Positions 57,601-64,000 of a stretch of 64,000 bases of DNA are shown in pieces. The stretch comes from Planctomycetota bacterium (GTDB lineage: Bacteria > Planctomycetota > Phycisphaerae > SM23-33). Each line of letters begins with the position of its first letter. Within the stretch, counting starts at the first letter, position 1. The notes below the pieces were generated by a model that ran no database searches, was not told where the DNA came from, and was given only the letters and a program-made list of their open reading frames with translations. The DNA lies in assembly GCA_030635145.1 (NCBI GenBank), contig DAOVZK010000001.1, positions 23,381 to 87,380 of the forward strand, in the 5' to 3' direction. Made by a program: the position numbers and the translations under genes.

Positions 57601-58801
57601 CCTGTGCCATCGGCAGCAAGACGGCGGCGGCGAGCAGCATGGCAATCAGTCCCAGCGTGCCGAGTTTCGCCGATTTCGGTATCGGCCGAGTGAGGATATG
57701 CTTGATCCGCTCGGTAAGCGCGCTTTTCGATTCGACAACACCGATCAACCGTAAGCTCAGGGCCGGCCGGGCCAACGACAACGTCGCAACGCTCAGCAGC
57801 GTTTCGGGATATTCGTTAGCCTCTGTGCCCATGGCGACGAGAACGGCTTCGTCGACGGCCTGTTCGCGGACGCGGCGGATGACGGCGTTGGCGATCCACA
57901 GCAGCGGATTGTAAAAGTAAAAAATCTGCAGCATGGCCTGGATCATATTGACCCACAAGTCTCCACGTTTTATGTGTGCCAACTCGTGAACCAGCACGGC
58001 CTCGAGATGCCGCGGGTTAAGTTTATCGGGTAGGTAATTCGGAATGAGAATTACCGGCCGAAATAACCCACAAACCGCGGGGCTTGTGGCACTGGGGGAA
58101 AGTTTCAGTCTGATATTACGCTTTATGTTAATCCCCGGCCGATTTTTACATTTCTCCAGCAGGCCCGTGAGTTTGTCACCGGCATCCTTAGCTTGCTTGA
58201 TGAGTCCGCTAACGAATATCGATCGCTGAATGATAAGCAGCAGCATTCCCATCGCAACGACGACCCAAACTGCAAACACCACACCCTGCCACACAATGCA
58301 AGGGTCTTTGTTATCGGCAGAATCGGTGGCGGATGGCGCAGCAGCGATGACCGTCTCGGGCGCCGCTGGTGTTACGGGCGCAGCCGAAACCGGAGAGGCG
58401 TTCTGCAGCGACATAGGCGGCAAATCCGTCGGCTCAAACTCCGTGGCCAAACCCTCACGGCTCGACGCAATCATTCCTGCCGGGAGCTCCCATGTTTCCG
58501 TTTGCAGCGGCGCAGCTGGCTGCTCAACTACCGCGGGCTCAATTACAGGATTGAGAAAATTACCCCCGACCCAATATCCGATTCCGGTTGGAGCAGAGAG
58601 TGTGACGGGTAATACCAGTTTCAGCAGCAGGAGCATCCAGAGGCAGTAGCGAATGATAGCTCGTACTTTTTTGCGAAGCAGGGTGTCCAGCAGCAGCAGA
58701 ACCGCGATCAATACGCACGACTGCAACAGCATCGGAAATGCAAATCGCATAAACCAAAATCCTGCAGTGTTCAATGATTCGACAATGGCGTTCATGTCCA
58801 T
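51623..58801 (-). CDS. Giant (2392 aa) BlaR1/MecR1-like M56-peptidase signal transducer with ~2000-aa extracytoplasmic repeat region
   Basis: N-terminal 4-TM region containing the M56 zinc motif VLVHELAHIKRGD. After that, many CarboxypepD_reg-like units (IRGKVVSAETGEPIPGAKVYL, IEGIVTDETGQPIPEAFVVV, VQVVDVSGDPIPGATVTI, LQGTVVDDEGNPLPDVAVEI and others). Starts 30 nt downstream of blaI. Confidence 0.8.
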   Translation of the reverse strand: MDMNAIVESLNTAGFWFMRFAFPMLLQSCVLIAVLLLLDTLLRKKVRAIIRYCLWMLLLLKLVLPVTLSAPTGIGYWVGGNFLNPVIEPAVVEQPAAPLQTETWELPAGMIASSREGLATEFEPTDLPPMSLQNASPVSAAPVTPAAPETVIAAAPSATDSADNKDPCIVWQGVVFAVWVVVAMGMLLLIIQRSIFVSGLIKQAKDAGDKLTGLLEKCKNRPGINIKRNIRLKLSPSATSPAVCGLFRPVILIPNYLPDKLNPRHLEAVLVHELAHIKRGDLWVNMIQAMLQIFYFYNPLLWIANAVIRRVREQAVDEAVLVAMGTEANEYPETLLSVATLSLARPALSLRLIGVVESKSALTERIKHILTRPIPKSAKLGTLGLIAMLLAAAVLLPMAQAEKKVIDEHTAAALAAMEESEKTEAPAAKDDKKDAKVCYSFDVDDGLTLSCPDKGMKIGVQDGELRIWGKTTDTKWGGAKAEVTVKDRDGEMDFSVDFKIPKRQDYGLVYLGFYPEGPTGPPMILYQWKPQKKTFFGLLESSKSKGWYQVHTMWIKVKWWLENGRGRFPDVGTEETKFVNMRMRLRENRTQVDYYVDDVLVDTLNLEKPVGRISKAQVGFQTPKLGYEYDIRFDNLKISSKLPTAKQEKAEPEKSKASEPSFKVRLPSGVVVELVGVSKLHSKNKQWWHPNGNVLKKAPCVGMKNPLKKYQYELVMKVDGHKNISDRWRVSGASTTNVGGPRDKDGRSIYNLRALGAGWKKIPKTTTVRYGIATGKWETLFKCSTTGSNSEKLGNQSAILSQPQQQDGATIINLASTITKPATRVVAVIKSGDIVQSSSTGSGGSDILIHTHKFSLPLSEIDHFEFQTRPYEWVEFKNVSLQLGHKTNVKVVVDAGEKTTGGAASVTKGADNTSLPKGKCSIRGKVVSAETGEPIPGAKVYLFYTVTLEPLFVYAAEDGSFALENIPTGPFSLRTIRTPGYQGAAYNPDDKDGLFPRFSLKEGEQRKDVLIKMKPAFRISGKILDENGKIPADISNFTVWACVRKKDSDGYEVQAIKKSTIDATDGSWFIDGLDGRAVYAMALNSTVAKRGDGYPPIYYPGTFSRKHAKLITFDDKVRSVENIDIKLKKEGGVVIEGIVTDETGQPIPEAFVVVHSHDLLFDFSTAYTDKTGHYKIQGLGEGEFVVQVDAGHRGFIRTRRPFDIDSKTPKMQLDVKLKPGATISGKFVDADGSDWEIANSYGSAYLKNSQDKDLWGVSFVQTGFHSKHQPKDVAGDRNGTGFVLGTGDYGKAGMLFPTKNTFLLQGLAPGKTKLNFFPRQKDHELLDIIYDGKSVMKDGLDVKSGEEIKSVIIKVGKAETKPPAVPKPKPAAEDAKLQKQLIGWVEKFFSRNYRDVKNRKTIEWGAPKKLADGNYSIRYKYKCSIWDKERMIGNEIFTFTSAGKYVSAKKVEGYPQWPDRKAPGKSINTAKDATFGAVVERVLPYTKKRHAVLLDLETGKFKLKKDFGENDRETHRWVRANGLDLSVVKDKGVIVGLGFDLVVMPVPHQKWSETTPAKLTSNFGLNQTEPNKITPLVPHKAPNQPGTYLIRTREDSYGILQILGTSSDPQGVKIRYKLLQKADAKAADPAKPVPYTQTMINNIQPDGSINFKSIIQYTNTYGRTLKTIGFQNSDFVHVKKMTDAAGKPLAFTSKHVGRSFRYKVTLNKPVAPGQPVLYSSSGTISKLISQTAPGKFRYRMKHYPSTGKPTRRIEIHRLPPGAKLLKIIPKSATRSIKNGRIEIFVDKIIKPGGSLTVSYNYALSPPPTPKPAPKPSARVYQFAAPNYSLVDEPMRIKPRTLDKGRNADEVSPSEAVVFGWPIRWWSSHWSGPRNTNAVTMAQGKDSVRFVVNPAARKVWVKYFDIPIDPQQYPIAVMTYRAKRTHTTSSGYVLYLDDTSGPDYGGVMPFAQKDIIPDGEVHTISCDLRPMKPIGDLIGLAVGVESAPEGKAEFELLDLRFEAAPGATSRKIELDAPRIVQVVDVSGDPIPGATVTIDAGRSNWARSVKTNADGKATVRGYRTKPGKHMLRVTADGMTPTEVRNLPSDDKQDVRVALQPEAIYRGVVHDADDKPLAGATVKINIPQRRDMSQWMRTTAEVLTNEQGKWESPPLPKTNQKVSLQIFHPDYMIPGVLFRARRSLDDMGQDATPLKVRRKLIILNGQVKNWLGRPVRDATVDVYFPGKAKRVTMRRFVTDGEGNFSMRSKKASVVLVVRAKGYAPVTMQMQLDEENAPLAIKLEPPHTLQGTVVDDEGNPLPDVAVEIMLQHEKVSPRIAKVRTGADGVFRWDGAPKDEVLVTVTKAGYETAKAKMTAGEISQPVELEKAPPVVTEPPKPRLRRKGYDPRNFRNVS

Positions 58802-58831
58802 GTTAAAATCTCCCCGAAATTGTCGGTAAGG

Positions 58832-59233
58832 CTATTGGCTTTTTTTCTCGGCCGAGCGCTTACGCTTTTTCTGAATGAGGGCTTCGAGTTCGCTGAGTTC
58901 GGCGGCGGTAAAATTATTCCCGTCCAGCAAAAACTGCATCATCGGCGTCATCGCACCGTTAAATGCACGCTTGACGGTACTCATAACCTCGCATTTCTGC
59001 GCCTGCCGCGGTGTAATAGACGAACGATACATGATGAGGTTACGCAGTCTTTCTGTTTTCAGCAGACTTTTTGTAACCATCCGATCCATCATGGTTTTTA
59101 CGGTGCTGTACGACCATTTCTTGCTTTTGACCAAAGCCTCCTGAACAGTCGGGGCAGCACAGGGTTCGTGCTCCCAAACCGCACGGATGATAGCCCACTC
59201 CCCTTCGGTTAATTGATAGCCTACCTTCGCCAT
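58832..59233 (-). CDS. blaI: BlaI/MecI/CopY-family transcriptional repressor
   Basis: Winged-helix N-terminus (EWAIIRAVWEHEPCAAPTVQEAL...WSYSTVKTMMDRMVTKSLL) and a C-terminal dimerisation helix. 133 aa. Confidence 0.85.
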   Translation of the reverse strand: MAKVGYQLTEGEWAIIRAVWEHEPCAAPTVQEALVKSKKWSYSTVKTMMDRMVTKSLLKTERLRNLIMYRSSITPRQAQKCEVMSTVKRAFNGAMTPMMQFLLDGNNFTAAELSELEALIQKKRKRSAEKKSQ

Positions 59234-59267
59234 AATTTTTCTCCATGTCTTTAATTGAGTAACCAGT

Positions 59268-59285
59268 TCTCTACAATTGTAGAGA
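59268..59285. promoter_or_regulatory. Candidate BlaI operator: perfect 18-bp palindrome TCTCTACAATTGTAGAGA
   Basis: Contains TACA-AT-TGTA, the same dyad architecture as Staphylococcus/Bacillus bla/mec operators (TACAnnTGTA). Lies 35 nt upstream of the blaI start. Confidence 0.55.
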
Positions 59286-59460
59286 TGGTGTTTGCAAAGG
59301 CAAGACTTTCTTTAAAATTTTTTGCAGGCTGGTCGGTACGGCCAAAGAAGTTGGCATCGGTGGGACTTGAACGGCGAGGGCAAAATTCGCGTTCTCTGCG
59401 AGGCATGAGTAGGCCGAAACTGACTGGCCAACCTTTTCCACATATTTTTTCCATCAGCCC

Positions 59461-59497
59461 TTGACACCTAGGCTGCCTATGTATACAATACATAGGC
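59461..59497. promoter_or_regulatory. Candidate padR promoter with overlapping operator: TTGACA, 16 nt spacer, TACAAT; palindrome GCCTATGTAT-aca-ATACATAGGC
   Basis: 10-bp perfect arms with an ATGT...ACAT core, as in known PadR operators. The palindrome spans the -10 element. Lies about 55-90 nt upstream of padR. Confidence 0.5.
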
Positions 59498-59550
59498 AAG
59501 CAAGGTATACTGCTGGCTTAGTAGCCGATTTTGATACAGGAGTATGAGCG

Positions 59551-59892
59551 ATGGATTTTTCGAATGATTTGATTCGCGGGAGCGTGGTTCCGATCGTATT
59601 GAGCCTGCTCAAAGACAAACCAATGTACGGTTACGAGATGGTCAAGGTCGTCAATGCCCGCACTGGGGGTAAGCTGGAATGGAAAGAGGGCACGCTGTAC
59701 CCTGCCTTGCATCGGCTGGCCGGAACGGGGCTGATTTCGGCAAAGTGGGTGGCGGCACCTAAGGGCGAAGCTCCAGGCCGAAAGCGCAAGTACTACTCGA
59801 TAACGCGAAAAGGGCTGCGCGAACTGGCGCGCCGCACGGAAGAGTGGGCACAGTTCAGCCTCGCCGTCGACACGATGCTGTCGCTGGGCTAA
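59551..59892 (+). CDS. PadR-family transcriptional regulator
   Basis: VVPIVLSLLKDKPMYGYEMVKVV...GTLYPALHRL is a canonical PadR winged helix. 113 aa. Confidence 0.85.
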   Translation: MDFSNDLIRGSVVPIVLSLLKDKPMYGYEMVKVVNARTGGKLEWKEGTLYPALHRLAGTGLISAKWVAAPKGEAPGRKRKYYSITRKGLRELARRTEEWAQFSLAVDTMLSLG

Positions 59893-59976
59893 CCTCGCAG
59901 GTAACGAAGTCTGTCTTTGGTATGTAGTGCAAGAACCGTGCAGCTGAGCCTGAACCGGTAATAAAAAATCGGAGCA

Positions 59977-62160
59977 TTGAACATGAAAGATTACGACAAA
60001 CTTATCGCACGTTTAACGGATCGATTATCAGTAGACCCCGAGCTGCAAATGGACGTCGCTCAGGAGTTGCGGGCGCATCTTGACGACTCGGCCGCGGAGT
60101 TTCGCGAGGCGGGGCTAACCGAAGAACAGGCCGAAACCCAAGCAGCAAAAGCTCTCGGTGACCCGGACGAACTTTCCGGACAATTATGGTCGGCCAATCG
60201 CACGCGCCTGCGAATTCGAGGACTGCTTCGCTGGACGGCTCGCATTACGCTAATCCCAGCGGCTATCGGTGTAATCGTCTGCTTGTTGCTGTCGATGGGT
60301 GTTCGTGAGAATATGTTTACGATTCCCGAATCATGGGCAGACGAATTAACCGAGGAGCAGATGTACATTCTTCGCGGTGACCCCGCGGCCGAAACACCAT
60401 TGGAGCAAGCAAAGTCGATTACCGACCGTTGGCCGAAAAATCCTGTTTACTTTGGGGATTATGCTGTGTGGGCAATCGCAAAAGAGAAACTTCGTGGCCA
60501 GCTTTCAGACGCGAAGCTGAAACGATTGCAGGAACTGCTCTCCAAAGGTGAAAAGCTCGATCCAGACAACGCCTTCTATAATTTCATGCGGGCAGCGGCC
60601 CTGATAAACTCCACCTGCGAATTGAAGGATGATGAATTGCTCACGTATTTAGTGATCAACAGCCGCGGCGAGGTACAGCAAAAACCTTGCTACACTGTAG
60701 CCATTGAAAATGAAAAAATATTTCGGCAGGGATTGGCTGAATTGCGGGCGGGCCTGAAGAAACCCCGCCTCGCCATACCCAGTATCGAAATGCTGAAAAT
60801 CCGAGAAGCCATCATCCCAAAACCTCGCAACGTAACAGATATCCTTCGGCGAACTGCGATTGAAGTTTCGGTACTTTTACCTTCACTAAATGACTACAGA
60901 AATCTCAACAAAGCGGTGCTGGGTTATGCTTTGGCAGAAGCACGAAAGGGAAATTCCGGCGAGGCTTTGCAATTAGTGCAATATCTGGAGCAGTTCGCAA
61001 ATCACACCGGGGCAAACAGCTCATGCTTGATTGAACTCCTGGTTGCGCATGCAAATTACAATCTCGTAATGGGGCATGCGGCGCAGATGTGCAAAGTGCT
61101 TGGGGAGGACGATCTGGGGCAGGAGTTTCAAGCCCGATGTAAGGAAAGCGGGGCGTTTTTCAATGAACTTCGCAAACGACCTCGTGGAGATGCAAGCGAA
61201 TTGCGAGGGGCGGGGATGTATTGGGGCCTTTTCATGCCAGGCCTTCCCGGTTACACGATGAATTTTGAACCGATGCGAACAGCGGAGCAGTTCTGGATAA
61301 ACGAGTTTGGATTGTTGGCACTTTTGATGGGGCTAACGTTACTGGCTTTGCTGATGGGCGGTGTTACGCTATTGGAATTCTTGCGCCGGAGCGACAGACC
61401 CGTGCTGATGTTTGTCGGGGGGGATCGTATGGCGAAGATTTGCTTTTATGGAATTGTGCTGCCTATCGGAATTTACGCGGCATACGTGTATTTTTTCACC
61501 ATCGGACCCGATGTCTACGGTTTGAACGTCACAGTCGGGCGCGTTATTCTGGAGTTGATCTTTGTCGGTGCAATAATCTGCGTAACGCTGGTGGGGATGA
61601 GCTATTCCGCCATTCGCCGCCGGGCCGTCGAGCTGGGCCTAACCGTTCCAGAGCCACTGACCCTTCGCCGCCGCTGGATAATGTGGCCGATGGCGGGCTT
61701 ACTAACACTCGGAGTACTGGCATACCTGACTGCTTGGTGGACGGGGCATATACAACCGAGCAACAGGCCCTGCTGGAGTCCCTATTTCAATGATCTGGTA
61801 GGCGGCATCTCAAACTCACGATTCCCATCACCGGAGGCGATTATGATAGGCGCAATCATTTTCATCTTTCTATTGATCTGGGGGGTTCGGGAGCTTGTTG
61901 GTTTATTCAAAGCTCCGTACCGCCAGTTTCGACGCAGCTTGTACCGCAACATTGTCCCGATCCTCGCAGCTGCGGTTATCGTGGTGGGAATAATCTGCGG
62001 ATTCGTGCTGAACCGGGCGGAAACGGCGGCGGCAAAGCGCGTTACCGGTAATGCGATGATGTCGTTTGCAACAGAGCTTGAGCGGTGCGACTACAGAGAA
62101 ATTCGCGACCGATTCGCAGCGCGGCAGGCAGAACAAAAGCCGATAGGCTCGGATGAGTGA
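59977..62160 (+). CDS. PadR-associated HAAS-domain (DUF1700-like) polytopic membrane protein, 727 aa
   Basis: The N-terminal ~70 aa (DYDKLIARLTDRLSVDPELQMDVAQELRAHLDDSAAEFREAGLTEEQAETQAAKALGDPDEL) match the HAAS/DUF1700 pattern found next to PadR. Then one TM, a ~330-aa soluble region, and at least 6 further TM helices. Confidence 0.6.
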   Translation: MNMKDYDKLIARLTDRLSVDPELQMDVAQELRAHLDDSAAEFREAGLTEEQAETQAAKALGDPDELSGQLWSANRTRLRIRGLLRWTARITLIPAAIGVIVCLLLSMGVRENMFTIPESWADELTEEQMYILRGDPAAETPLEQAKSITDRWPKNPVYFGDYAVWAIAKEKLRGQLSDAKLKRLQELLSKGEKLDPDNAFYNFMRAAALINSTCELKDDELLTYLVINSRGEVQQKPCYTVAIENEKIFRQGLAELRAGLKKPRLAIPSIEMLKIREAIIPKPRNVTDILRRTAIEVSVLLPSLNDYRNLNKAVLGYALAEARKGNSGEALQLVQYLEQFANHTGANSSCLIELLVAHANYNLVMGHAAQMCKVLGEDDLGQEFQARCKESGAFFNELRKRPRGDASELRGAGMYWGLFMPGLPGYTMNFEPMRTAEQFWINEFGLLALLMGLTLLALLMGGVTLLEFLRRSDRPVLMFVGGDRMAKICFYGIVLPIGIYAAYVYFFTIGPDVYGLNVTVGRVILELIFVGAIICVTLVGMSYSAIRRRAVELGLTVPEPLTLRRRWIMWPMAGLLTLGVLAYLTAWWTGHIQPSNRPCWSPYFNDLVGGISNSRFPSPEAIMIGAIIFIFLLIWGVRELVGLFKAPYRQFRRSLYRNIVPILAAAVIVVGIICGFVLNRAETAAAKRVTGNAMMSFATELERCDYREIRDRFAARQAEQKPIGSDE

Positions 62161-62205
62161 TAACCAACGTTGGGGGGCGGGCCACTGTTTTGATAACCCC
62201 CGCCA

Positions 62206-62278
62206 TACGCCCGAGAGGAGTCGAACCTCTAACCTCTTGCTCCGGAGGCAAGCGATCTATCCATTGATCTACGGGCGC
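62206..62278 (-). tRNA. tRNA-Arg (anticodon CCG)
   Basis: 73-nt cloverleaf folded by hand. Acceptor GCGCCCG/CGGGCGU. D-stem GAUC/GAUC. Anticodon stem CUUGC/GCAAG with loop CUCCGGA. T-arm AGAGG-UUCGACU-CCUCU. Discriminator A. CCA is not encoded. Confidence 0.85.
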
Positions 62279-62421
62279 GAAACGGCATGGAGTGATTCTC
62301 GCCAAATTTCGAGAACCACTCCCAAACCGGACTAAACTTTTTACCCAAACCGACCTGCAATATCAAGCGCATTCTTCCTGCTACCACGAGGCCAGCGTGT
62401 ACGATTCTCCGATTATTAATA

Positions 62422-63984
62422 CTAATGCATGATCATCATGACAAAATATACTGCACCCCCATATCCAACCGGCAACATAGAGCCCAGCGGGACAGCGCCC
62501 CTGGAACTAAGTAGCATTCCGCCTTCGTCCGGGATAAACACAATCATCTCGGGGCCAATGAGGCTGACGATTTTCTGTGTAGACGGAACCGACCTCAGGA
62601 ATTCGCCGGGGCCACCACGCCCGCCATTCTGCGTTGCCTGGACAAGCATCGGCCAAACCAGTTTGGTCAATGCGGGAAGATCCATCACGAAAACACCCGG
62701 GCCCTTGGGAAGCTTCTTGCCTAACTTGGCAGCCTTACTGTCAGGGGCAAATCCACTCATATTATCCTTAGCGGCGTCGATCCCTGCCTTTAATGCACCA
62801 TCGGAAAATGCGATAATCATGCGATCCTTCATCACCGCGTAAAATAAATCGTCATCCATCTGGTGGATAACAACTTTGCGATAGGTGTTGGCGGCGACGG
62901 CGGATGGTTTGGTGGTTGCGGCCGGTTTGGTCGTAGCCGAATCCGCGGTGGATTCTTCATCCGAGTCGTCGGCAGCAACCAACTCTTCCATCCCGCCGAA
63001 CTCGCACAACGCTTGCATTGCTTTCGCGGCACGGGCGGGGTCTTTTACCTCAAACACCATCCCGACGGGAGCCCCGCCGCCCATCATTGCTGTCTGGATA
63101 TCCGTAACATACCCACCACCGTTAGGCCCGAGAGATGCGGCAAGTTCGTTGAACAGCTTCGTAAACTTTTGAACCTTTTCCGACTCGGCTTTCGGTGCAG
63201 CTGGTTTTGTTTCATCTTCTTCAACGGCAACTTCTTCGGCTCCAGCCATTTCCTCTTCAGCCTCAATCACCTCCACCTCGTCGCTTTCGCCGGAGTCCTC
63301 CAGTTTGAATATGCCGGTAACGATTTTGGCGATTGCCTTGGGTTCCAGCTGGCCGGCGAACATTAAATTCGACTGCGACGGCATCAGCGCCAGCCCCGCC
63401 TTGAAATCTCCACCGATCTTTAAGCTTCGCATCAGCCCAACCTTCACGCCGGGCGTATCGATATAAATTTGGTTGGCAAAAGCATTGTCCATATATCCAA
63501 TGTACCCCCCGACACTGCGAAGCGTCTCTAACCCCAGCACCTTCATGTGCTTTTCCTGCAGGAACGTCTCGCCGCTATCCTTATCCTTTGTCATTTTCGC
63601 AATCGCGTCGAGATCCACAAACCAGCGCATTGCCCAATCTTTCATCGCAGTTTTTTCGTAAGCCTTCAACAACCCCGGATTGGCATTTTTCTTGTCGGGG
63701 GCGGACATCTTTTTGCTGATTTGGTCGGCGGCATGGATTGAGGTCGCAGCGTAAACCATGGGATGCCGTTGAGTAATCATGAACAAGTCTGTTTTTTCCA
63801 GCAACGCCTTGAGTTCAGCAGGATCTTCGGGCAGCTCTTCTGCATACCCTGCAACACCTGTCCATGTCACGCTTCCGGAGATGTAGGTAAAGCTTTTTAC
63901 TTCGTCAGATTTTTCCATCAGCACTTTGAGAGAATCGAGAAAGTCTTTGCGATACTTGGCGCCAGGGACAATGATGATGCCCAT
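62422..63984 (-). CDS. Hypothetical protein with acidic and Ala/Thr/Pro-rich linkers and a C-terminal hydrophobic anchor
   Basis: 520-aa ORF with no domain recognisable by eye. Contains EVEVIEAEEEMAGAEEVAVEEDE and TTKPAATTKPSAVAA low-complexity stretches. C-terminus AVYFVMMIM. The start codon is 16 nt from the window edge. Confidence 0.4.
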   Translation of the reverse strand: MGIIIVPGAKYRKDFLDSLKVLMEKSDEVKSFTYISGSVTWTGVAGYAEELPEDPAELKALLEKTDLFMITQRHPMVYAATSIHAADQISKKMSAPDKKNANPGLLKAYEKTAMKDWAMRWFVDLDAIAKMTKDKDSGETFLQEKHMKVLGLETLRSVGGYIGYMDNAFANQIYIDTPGVKVGLMRSLKIGGDFKAGLALMPSQSNLMFAGQLEPKAIAKIVTGIFKLEDSGESDEVEVIEAEEEMAGAEEVAVEEDETKPAAPKAESEKVQKFTKLFNELAASLGPNGGGYVTDIQTAMMGGGAPVGMVFEVKDPARAAKAMQALCEFGGMEELVAADDSDEESTADSATTKPAATTKPSAVAANTYRKVVIHQMDDDLFYAVMKDRMIIAFSDGALKAGIDAAKDNMSGFAPDSKAAKLGKKLPKGPGVFVMDLPALTKLVWPMLVQATQNGGRGGPGEFLRSVPSTQKIVSLIGPEMIVFIPDEGGMLLSSRGAVPLGSMLPVGYGGAVYFVMMIMH

Positions 63985-64000
63985 GTCGGGGTCAGAGTTT

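Noticed and set aside
62153-62335. 60-aa plus-strand ORF
   Set aside because: Overlaps the tRNA-Arg gene on the opposite strand. Spurious.

Overview
GC-rich (~58-60%) bacterial chromosomal segment. The gene content is consistent with a Planctomycetota-like organism: very large secreted or membrane repeat proteins, many Gfo/Idh/MocA oxidoreductases, a prenyltransferase/squalene-oxidase-repeat protein and BlaR1-type sensors. This taxonomic call is inference only. Most of the window is housekeeping: MoxR ATPase, pssA-psd, ribH-nusB, a MoeB/ThiF-like E1, RNase III, dapB, tyrA, guaA, topA, pdxJ, tmk-holB, parvulin, an RRM protein and one tRNA-Arg(CCG). I found no transposase, integrase or CRISPR array. 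The regions most worth a second look are these. (1) A DeoR-regulated divergent locus: a fused E1 alpha/beta 2-oxoacid dehydrogenase faces E2-E3, and the same transcriptional run continues into four further enzymes (PHP-like hydrolase, SDR with an N-terminal extension, a 565-aa MDR dehydrogenase, a mannitol-dehydrogenase-family protein). (2) Two adjacent repressor/membrane-sensor pairs sharing one divergent control region: BlaI plus a 2392-aa BlaR1/M56-like protein whose sensor domain is replaced by about 2000 aa of carboxypeptidase-regulatory-like repeats, and PadR plus a 727-aa HAAS-domain polytopic membrane protein. Each pair has a perfect palindromic operator (TACA-NN-TGTA and ATGT-N-ACAT). 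(3) A BrnT/BrnA toxin-antitoxin pair. (4) An ArsR / ArsP_1 permease / DUF3795 module. (5) Several unexplained structured or repeat-rich intergenic elements: a nested 27-bp inverted repeat at 3.7 kb, direct repeats plus an ~85-nt hairpin at 10.7-10.9 kb, and inverted arrays of TNNTCAG heptads at 11.4 kb. All coordinates for short motifs are hand-counted and may be off by 1-2 nt.
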